From Candidatus Nanoclepta minutus (GTDB lineage Archaea; Nanobdellota; Nanobdellia; Nanobdellales; Nanobdellaceae): a stretch of 32,000 nucleotides of DNA. The notes below the pieces were generated by a model. That model was not told the origin of the DNA. It saw only the letters and a list, made by a program, of their open reading frames with translations, and did not search any database. Position 1 is the stretch's first letter; every line of letters starts with the position of its first letter. Below are positions 25,627 through 32,000 of the stretch, piece by piece. The stretch covers positions 1 through 32,000 of the forward strand of contig MWMI01000005.1 of assembly GCA_003568775.1 (NCBI GenBank), in the 5' to 3' direction. A program made the position numbers and the translations under genes.

Positions 25627-27668
25627 TATAGATACATAAATATTGACGAAAATAAGCTTTCAATCAATAATAATCCAAATACATAGATAACTGTTAAAAT
25701 CATTATACTGATTAAAACTGCTTTACCTATCTCATAATCTCTTACTATTTTGTTAAATCCTGATACTAATCCAGAAAGGAAAAAGGAAGATATGATTAAT
25801 AACTCTATCAAATATATACCAACTGGAATTATAAATATCGTTGGAGGTATCGTAGCATTTATATCTATTAATTGTTGAGTAAAGAAATCGAAAAAGTTAT
25901 ATGTATAAGGACTAAAAGAAAATAGATTCTTTATTTGTTCACCCATAAAGACTATAGCTGAAAATAAAAATTTTTGAGATATCATAACTATTCCCCCCAA
26001 AATTGGAACAAGGATGTATGAGACCACTTTTATAGTAGAGACTGGATCTGAAAGCTCTATATTTAACTCTTCCTTTAAAGATAGTAGAGAATCTATTTGC
26101 ATATATATTCTTTCTACTACAAAGCTCAGCGAAGAGACACTCTTTTCTGCAGATGATACTATGAAATTCATTGTCTCCCTTAGTAATAAAGAAGGATAAT
26201 CCCTTATTGAACCAAACTTTTCATTAAATATAGCATCTCTTATAGTTGTCTTAAACCTATAAATATTATTGATAGTCTTTTCCAAAAATTCAGCTAAATA
26301 CCCCTTTGGATTTATAGATTTATAGTCTCCTGTTATATCAAATAAACTTTTTTCTAATGGAACCCCAGAATAACTGCTGTTTTCTATCATACTTATTAAC
26401 ATTGGCAATTCCTTTTCTATTCTTTCTATTTTCCTTATTATTCCTATCTTTCTAAAGGATCTTAGATAGAAATACAAACCAACGAATATTCCTATACCAA
26501 ATATCATAAGATATGTTATCATCATATTCCCAAAGTTTGATTCTTGTTTCACCAACGAAAGCAGAATATCTGAGTATTGATAAAACAAATAATAATTATA
26601 AATTACATTCGAAATGTGAAGTATTGAAGGTAATGAAATAAAGAGGGCTAATAAGAAAGCTAAAGGAAATATCGGTATCTTTAGACCTCCTATGCCTATA
26701 CTCTTATTTTCTTCCATTTTTATCGTTGAATAGGGAGAAGAGATAGAAAACGGTACCTCACTTATTATATCACTTATAATTAAGAAGGATATTATAGGTA
26801 GCAGGACATCATAAACATAAAATATTAAAGTAAACTTTGCACTTTCTGGTAAGAATATTGAAATTATTGGTAATAAAGTCATTCCTATTATTGGTAAAAG
26901 TATTAGAAAAGTTGAAACAATTATTACCTTTGGTTTTAAAAATGAAACATACTCCTTTAATCTTCTTTCAGCCAATCTATAGTACCATCCTTGTATTTTA
27001 TCTAAATACGAATAAATCCTATCCATACTCTGAATATGCTTTACATTGAGCAATAGAGACATTAAATATACAAAATCTGGGTACCACTCCTTCCATCTAG
27101 CAGAATAATGATAAATTGCTTCTTCTAGGGAAGAAAATCTTTTTGTTTCTAGATCATAGAGAATATCAAAAAAATCCGATGAAATGTAACCATCTAAATT
27201 TAGAACAGTAAATAACATAGCATTCTCCAAATTGGGATTCTCTCTCAAATATATAGTTAAGTATGCTAATACCCAAACGCTTTCAGAAATAACGGTAATC
27301 TTAACGATCTTCTTATAAAGAAATGGATAAGCTAATAGATAAATAGATAGGGTTAATCCAGTTATAAATAAACCATAAAATATTTCCAAACCCGCACCTG
27401 AGTTTGTAATTGATAAAGCATAATAAAAAGAAATTGAAAATATTAAAGAGATCAAAAACAAATTTATCCCTGCACTAAATATATCTTTTGGCTTTAGTAG
27501 ATATTTGTTATAAAATATAAGATAATTATACTTATCTTTTAAAAACCTTGGAGGATTAATCCTTATTAATATTTTGGAAAAAATATTAACTATCCTTTCA
27601 TAATTAGTTAAAGGCTTTTTTCTTTCTCTTAATACGAATAATTTGTTTATTTGGGTACTGTAATACAT
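25626..27668 (-). CDS. FlaJ/TadC/PilC-like polytopic membrane protein (two T2SSF-like domains)
   Basis: 680 aa with at least 8 hydrophobic helices. Two cytoplasmic helical segments follow the T2SSF pattern: ..LTIYLRENPNLENAMLFTV...SLEEAIYHYSARWKEWYPDFVYLMSLL and ..ELPMLISMIENSSYSGVPLEKSLFDI...TIRDAIFN...YPSLLLRETMNFIVSSAEKS. The gene is flanked by pilin-like genes. Confidence 0.6.
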   Translation of the reverse strand: MYYSTQINKLFVLRERKKPLTNYERIVNIFSKILIRINPPRFLKDKYNYLIFYNKYLLKPKDIFSAGINLFLISLIFSISFYYALSITNSGAGLEIFYGLFITGLTLSIYLLAYPFLYKKIVKITVISESVWVLAYLTIYLRENPNLENAMLFTVLNLDGYISSDFFDILYDLETKRFSSLEEAIYHYSARWKEWYPDFVYLMSLLLNVKHIQSMDRIYSYLDKIQGWYYRLAERRLKEYVSFLKPKVIIVSTFLILLPIIGMTLLPIISIFLPESAKFTLIFYVYDVLLPIISFLIISDIISEVPFSISSPYSTIKMEENKSIGIGGLKIPIFPLAFLLALFISLPSILHISNVIYNYYLFYQYSDILLSLVKQESNFGNMMITYLMIFGIGIFVGLYFYLRSFRKIGIIRKIERIEKELPMLISMIENSSYSGVPLEKSLFDITGDYKSINPKGYLAEFLEKTINNIYRFKTTIRDAIFNEKFGSIRDYPSLLLRETMNFIVSSAEKSVSSLSFVVERIYMQIDSLLSLKEELNIELSDPVSTIKVVSYILVPILGGIVMISQKFLFSAIVFMGEQIKNLFSFSPYTYNFFDFFTQQLIDINATIPPTIFIIPVGIYLIELLIISSFFLSGLVSGFNKIVRDYEIGKAVLISIMILTVIYVFGLLLIESLFSSIFMYL

Positions 27669-27922
27669 TTTCCATCAATGTAAATTATATCATAATATCC
27701 TGGCTTTTTTCCATCGCATTCCTCTATCAAAAGTACATTAGTAAAGTTTTTTATATAATTTACACATCTGGAGATCAATTCGTTAAAATCCTTACATGAA
27801 AACTCGTTTGTTTTTGGAACATAACGTAAATATAAATAAATAGAAAAGAGAAGTACTATTAGAAAAAGTACTAAATAAAAAAGAAAGGAGATTTCCATTA
27901 AGAAAAAGCTAAAATTGCGCAT
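27647..27922 (-). CDS. small membrane-anchored protein (pilin-like operon member)
   Basis: 91 aa from the ATG at 27922. An alternative ATG at 27898 (MEISFLFYLVLFLIVLL, 83 aa) forms a TAATG junction with the upstream stop and may be the real start. The protein has one N-terminal hydrophobic helix and 4 Cys. Confidence 0.5.
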   Translation of the reverse strand: MRNFSFFLMEISFLFYLVLFLIVLLFSIYLYLRYVPKTNEFSCKDFNELISRCVNYIKNFTNVLLIEECDGKKPGYYDIIYIDGKCITVPK

Positions 27923-28689
27923 AGAGGAACAGCTTCTGGAACTCTATCAATATCTTTCCCATACAGAGAAGCTATACTTGATTGTATATCATCCCTTATA
28001 TAGGTCTTATTTATATATAGATAACCTTTACTTCCGTCATATAATATTCCAAAGGAATAGCTGTTATAGGTATGATTAAGCAATGGAAATATCCTTCTTC
28101 CTATATCTCTAAGAACAGAATTAACTATTTCATCTGTAGCACAGTTTGGTCCTATAAATATATATCCTTTTTCACCCTCTCTCTTACTCTTATAACTTTC
28201 AAAATCAAGTACAGTATTCTTAAACTGCTCTGTATCATCCATATCTAGATATCTAGAATCACCTCCTTTAGTATAATAACCAAAAGTCTTCAAAGTAGCT
28301 TCTTCTGGAGTCAATCCTGCACTATATATATAATATCTACATAGCTCTAACATACATCTATCTCCAAGTATATTATCTACTAATGACCAACAGAATAAAG
28401 AGCTTTCACAAACCATCAAATTACCCTTTCTCGAATATGCGACACTAGAATACCTCCCATCGTTGTTCATATCAACTGTAAATATCGAAGTACAATATGC
28501 TATTATATTAGATACTGCGTAGTTCTCGCAGGATCTAATTGCTTCTTCTAATGATACTTGCTTTCCAAATTTCTCAACAGAAGATGTTCCCCTAAGAAAC
28601 ATCTGCAATACTACTACAGCTACTATAATAAACACGATTAGAGCAAACATTAGAAAAATAGTTTGTTCTATACTTCTCTTTCCTCTCAT
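27898..28689 (-). CDS. pilin-like protein (class III signal-like N-terminus), first gene of the operon
   Basis: 263 aa. The N-terminus MRGKRS|IEQTIFLMFALIVFIIVAVVVL resembles archaeal class III signal peptides, which have the form (K/R)(G/A/S)|(Q/I)..E.. followed by a hydrophobic helix. The extracellular part is Cys-rich. Confidence 0.6.
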   Translation of the reverse strand: MRGKRSIEQTIFLMFALIVFIIVAVVVLQMFLRGTSSVEKFGKQVSLEEAIRSCENYAVSNIIAYCTSIFTVDMNNDGRYSSVAYSRKGNLMVCESSLFCWSLVDNILGDRCMLELCRYYIYSAGLTPEEATLKTFGYYTKGGDSRYLDMDDTEQFKNTVLDFESYKSKREGEKGYIFIGPNCATDEIVNSVLRDIGRRIFPLLNHTYNSYSFGILYDGSKGYLYINKTYIRDDIQSSIASLYGKDIDRVPEAVPLCAILAFS

Positions 28690-28705
28690 AATTATTTTAT
28701 GTATT

Positions 28706-28720
28706 CGATATATTTTAAAG
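28706..28720 (-). promoter_or_regulatory. TATA-box-like element upstream of the pilin-like operon
   Basis: The minus strand reads CTTTAAAATATATCG. The element is centred about 24 nt upstream of the ATG at 28689, which is consistent with a leaderless or near-leaderless archaeal transcript. Confidence 0.35.
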
Positions 28721-29027
28721 ATGTTTCAAATACTCTAGAGATTTATTACTTTCTGATAGTTCTTTCTTTGATATATGAAAATCTGTAGCAACAAAATTAC
28801 TCTTTTGTCAAAATCTATATTGAACCTGAGCTTCTTTTTCTTATTTCCTATAAAGATAGTAATTTCTAGATAGTTTGAATCATAAAACCTTATAAATATT
28901 TCTAAATTGCTTTATCCCTTAACCTTATCTCTGTTCTTTCCCTATCCACTGATATATTATACTTTTCTAAGTTTCTTAAGCAAAAGAGTAAAGACTAGAA
29001 GATACTATATTCCTTACTAATATTTTT

Positions 29028-29277
29028 CTATTCAAAAACAACCTTGAAAAATAACGATATTACTTCATAATGCAATAAACTTATTCCCAGAGACCTTACA
29101 GCCTCTCCTTTTATTTTACTGGAAAAGTAAACTAAAAAACCATCATACTTATAGACATCTGCTTCTTCGAGCTTTTTTCCTTTCGGATGGACTATTAAAA
29201 ATCTTCCATTTGGTACATTAAAGTTTACTTTTCCTTTACAACTCTTATAGATAATCTAGACTAACAAGAGAACGCAT
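29028..29277 (-). pseudogene. possible frameshifted or relic small ORF
   Basis: The minus strand has a 75-codon open frame (29255 down to the stop at 29030-29028) with no canonical start at its 5' end (the only ATG/GTG/TTG is a TTG at codon 61): IIYKSCKGKVNFNVPNGRFLIVHPKGKKLEEADVYKYDGFLVYFSSKIKGEAVRSLGISLLHYEVISLFFKVVFE. An ATG at 29277 (MRSLVSLDYL*) lies 1 nt out of frame just upstream. A TATAAAAT element lies about 40 nt upstream of that ATG. Confidence 0.3.
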
Positions 29278-29785
29278 TTTCTTTAAAACCAGTATAAGTT
29301 TATCCCTCTAATTTTATAGGGTAATATAAAATTTTTATAATAACTGCAGATTGAGATACTTTACACCCCTTATCAACATTATCATTTTAAACCATTTTTA
29401 ACCAAAATCTTTACAAGTTAAGGAATATTACAAATATAAAAGAAATTGTTCAGATATGTAAGGAATTGAACATAAAATTAAACATAATAAAAAGAAAAAA
29501 TATAGATATACACTATGAAAATATATCTAAAAGTATAATATTGGCATCTATGAATCCTTTGATACATCTCTAGCCAATAACAGAGATAAAAAGTTTTTAT
29601 TCTTTGAAAAAATGGAGATAATTCACTGTATATGTTAATCCAAAAAATTAATATATTTTTATTCAGAGCAGAAGACTATAGAATGCTATCTATAAGAAAG
29701 TTCGAAATAAAGAGATGATAAAGATACTTATAAAAATGCCTGAGATCTATAACATAGTTTCCAGCGTTGTTATATCCTTAACTTC

Positions 29786-30517
29786 TTATTTCTTATGATA
29801 AACTTTATTTAAAAATTCTATTAGACTTCCTAACTTTTCATTTCTAACCTCCCTATTTGTTAAAAACGGCCAAAAAATAGAATCTATGTGTAGAGGAGGT
29901 ACATTAGATTTAATAGAAACTTCCCTCCAAAATTCCAAGAAATTCTTATTAGTGAACCTCCTAGTAAACTTTATCATCCTATTATCTAAAGGGATATCTA
30001 TCTCAAACGGATAAGCTATAAACTTATTAAAGATTATCCTACATGAATAACCAAACATTTTTACAGAAAAAACAACTGTTTTATAATATTTTTTAACTCC
30101 CAAACTTTTATCCAAATCTGCTTTTAGTTTTAACATATCATTATAATATTCGTATATTCTATCCAAACTTAGGTTTTTTATAAAGTTTCTTACCTTTATC
30201 ATTCTATCTATTTTTCTATTAATAAACCGCCTATTTGTTCTGGATTTCTTAAGAAATTCTATATAATCGTTTAAGACATCTTTGGGTTTATTATTAGAAA
30301 AGTATTCGGAAAACTCTCTCCACCATTCTTCAGCTCTAGAAGACAGTTGATAACTAGATAAAGAGTTTAAAATAACTAACCTAACAAGGTTCTCTTCATC
30401 CCCAATTTTTTCATAGAGTTTCTTTATATAGTAATACTGAAGGTCTATATTCTCTTCTATATATCTAGCTCCCTCTATACCAACTTCTTTGATTACTTCG
30501 ATTAACCTTTCCTTCAA
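29786..30517 (-). CDS. archaeal N-glycosylase/DNA lyase (AGOG, 8-oxoguanine DNA glycosylase)
   Basis: 243 aa. GIEGARYIEENID, NSLSSYQLSSRAEEWWREF, KTVVFSVKMFGY and PPLHIDSIFWP closely follow the Pyrococcus/Pyrobaculum AGOG sequences as I recall them. The apparent start is a TTG at 30517, overlapping the aspS stop (TTGA). Confidence 0.8.
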   Translation of the reverse strand: MKERLIEVIKEVGIEGARYIEENIDLQYYYIKKLYEKIGDEENLVRLVILNSLSSYQLSSRAEEWWREFSEYFSNNKPKDVLNDYIEFLKKSRTNRRFINRKIDRMIKVRNFIKNLSLDRIYEYYNDMLKLKADLDKSLGVKKYYKTVVFSVKMFGYSCRIIFNKFIAYPFEIDIPLDNRMIKFTRRFTNKNFLEFWREVSIKSNVPPLHIDSIFWPFLTNREVRNEKLGSLIEFLNKVYHKK

Positions 30518-31848
30518 GGTAATAACCTATTTGGATCCCTAGGCAATAATACAACTTCTCTTATGTTTTCTATCTCCAACAACTGCCTGATAAACCTTTC
30601 AATACCAAATCCGAACCCTCCCATAGTTGGGGAGCCATATTTAAAGAAATCTAAGAAGAATCTAAGGTTTTCTTCATTTAAACCTTTCTCTCTAACCTGT
30701 TTTAAAAGAACTGAATATCTATGTTCCCTCTGAGCTCCCGTAACTATTTCTAATCCCTTAAATATTAAGTCAAAACTCCTAGTAGTTTCTCTACCATCCT
30801 TCATTGGCTCGCCCTTCATATGATAGAATGGCCTAGCAGTCCATGGCCAATCTATTAAAAAGAAGAAATCCTCTCCATAAGTATTTTTTACGTATTCTCC
30901 GAGAATTCTTTCACCTTTAGGAGTAATATCTCCATTAGGTTTTATTTCATCTTTTCCAATTATCTCATATGCCTCCTCCATTTTTATTTTAGGTATCTTA
31001 CTAGGAACGTTTATTTCGACATTGTAATATTTCTTTATATCATCTTCCCTCTCTTCCTTTATCCTTTTCATAGTATACTTAATTAGATCTTCTAACAAAT
31101 CCATCACATCATGATGTGAGGTAATATATCCTATTTCTACATCCATTGAAACGAACTCTGTTATATGCCTAGTTGTAAAGGAAGGCTCAGCCCTATAAGC
31201 ATGTGCTATCTCAAAGACTTTCTCAAAACCAGCAACTATTGCCATTTGCTTATAGAATTGCGGGGACTGCGCCAAATAAGCTTTTCTATTAAAGTAGTTT
31301 ATTTCAAAAACTTCTGCACCACCTTCCGATGGAGCACCCAATATCTTTGAAGTAAATATCTCAACGAATCCATTGCTATAAAAGTATTCCCTACAGTATC
31401 TCACAAAATCTGATGTTAGAATTATTGGAAATGAATTCCTATCATTCCTAAGGTCTATCCATCTATAATCCAACCTTTTTTCCAAAGAAGATGTTGGATC
31501 TATTGGCAGAGGTTGTGCTATTTCTCCTATAACATACAACTCCTTTACTAAAACCTCCTTCCACTTTCTCGCTATACCTTTAATATATTCTCCCCTTACA
31601 ACTAAAAAAGTATGATTTGATAGCTCATCTATAAATGATAGATCACCGATTACATCTTCCCTCAAAGTTAACTGAACTTCTCCATATCTATCCTTTAATA
31701 TAATAAAGGATACTTTACCCATCTTCTTTATATTCTCTATCCATCCTGCCAAAATAACTTCTTTATTGTATTCGAGCTTTTCAAGATCGGAAGTCCTAAT
31801 CCTATTCTTTAAAAGCTCGTTAGCACGTTCTTCGTTAAATAACTCCAT
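30514..31848 (-). CDS. aspS: aspartyl-tRNA synthetase (archaeal type, possibly non-discriminating)
   Basis: 444 aa. An OB-fold N-domain is followed by QSPQFYKQ, motif 2 (YRAEPSFTTRHITEF) and motif 3 (GGFGFGIERF). The C-terminus is LLPRDPNRLLP. Confidence 0.9.
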   Translation of the reverse strand: MELFNEERANELLKNRIRTSDLEKLEYNKEVILAGWIENIKKMGKVSFIILKDRYGEVQLTLREDVIGDLSFIDELSNHTFLVVRGEYIKGIARKWKEVLVKELYVIGEIAQPLPIDPTSSLEKRLDYRWIDLRNDRNSFPIILTSDFVRYCREYFYSNGFVEIFTSKILGAPSEGGAEVFEINYFNRKAYLAQSPQFYKQMAIVAGFEKVFEIAHAYRAEPSFTTRHITEFVSMDVEIGYITSHHDVMDLLEDLIKYTMKRIKEEREDDIKKYYNVEINVPSKIPKIKMEEAYEIIGKDEIKPNGDITPKGERILGEYVKNTYGEDFFFLIDWPWTARPFYHMKGEPMKDGRETTRSFDLIFKGLEIVTGAQREHRYSVLLKQVREKGLNEENLRFFLDFFKYGSPTMGGFGFGIERFIRQLLEIENIREVVLLPRDPNRLLP

Positions 31849-31882
31849 TCTCTTTATTAAAGTAAAATAAAAAATAAAAAAA

Positions 31883-32000
31883 TTATCTAGTAACTTTCAA
31901 CTCCTTTAATTCCTCTAAATATTTTTTACCAGGACCCTCAAGGAAGTGCTTCCTAGCAGGTTCAAGCATCTCGATCAGATAACCTATAACTGCATTTTTA
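31883..32000 (-). CDS. tyrS: tyrosyl-tRNA synthetase, C-terminal 38 codons (rest lies off the window)
   Basis: The minus-strand frame reads [38 protein letters not shown]. This resembles the archaeal TyrRS C-terminus (M. jannaschii ..LKNAVAEELIKILEPIRKRL). The stop is at 31885-31883. Confidence 0.55.
   Translation of the reverse strand, partial: KNAVIGYLIEMLEPARKHFLEGPGKKYLEELKELKVTR

Noticed and set aside
21680-28689. Treating DUF763, trxB, PDO and DUF59 as functional components of the pilus-like system because they are co-directional and overlap
   Set aside because: Clearly unrelated gene pairs in the same window (GT2/rnz, aspS/AGOG, rpoD/unknown) show the same overlaps. Overlap therefore reflects compaction and is kept only as a low-weight hypothesis.
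28690-29785. The ORF-free region as a structured ncRNA (RNase P, SRP, or other)
   Set aside because: The region is uniformly AT-rich, with no GC-rich helices like those in the tRNAs of this genome. Only trivial short AT inverted repeats were seen, for example tagatata/tatatcta near 29503-29529.
2000-31350. The remaining 61-123 aa track ORFs (2000-2371, 2849-3046, 3536-3730, 6424-6609, 7804-8022, 10402-10599, 18057-18272, 18816-19034, 22003-22194, 22078-22293, 24339-24530, 26014-26199, 26837-27049, 31165-31350)
   Set aside because: All are nested within longer, better-supported CDSs, either antisense or out of frame. None has a recognisable motif.

Overview
Strongly AT-rich, very gene-dense archaeal chromosome segment. 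Evidence for archaeal origin: archaeal-type LeuRS, ValRS, AspRS and TyrRS, ribosomal protein S3Ae, RNA polymerase subunit D, archaeal TIM, AGOG glycosylase, and a PDO/TrxR pair. The two tRNAs (Gly-GCC, Val-UAC) have almost all-GC stems in this AT-rich background, and a PDO-type disulfide oxidoreductase is present. Both suggest a thermophile with a small, compacted genome (DPANN/Nanoarchaeota-like); that is inference only. Many adjacent genes overlap by 1-4 nt (TAATG, ATGA, TTGA), and two divergent gene pairs are separated by only 55-56 bp. The accessory content falls into three surface-related loci. (i) 1-4856 (+): large Cys/Asn-rich proteins with pilin-like N-termini, plus a membrane-anchored Lon_C-like protease. 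(ii) 15821-17899 (-): a DUF2341 + seven-blade RCC1 surface protein built from near-identical DNA repeats. (iii) 24718-28689 (-): a type IV pilus-like operon with a FlaJ/TadC-type polytopic protein and four pilin-like small proteins, but no ATPase or prepilin peptidase in the window. Other notable items are a perfect 87-bp tandem duplication across the valS/RCC1 junction, a candidate dual-guide C/D box sRNA at 12451-12514, and a 1.1-kb ORF-free stretch with a frameshifted relic ORF at 28690-29785. No CRISPR array, rRNA or recognisable mobile element was seen. All family assignments come from motif recognition by eye, not from database searches.
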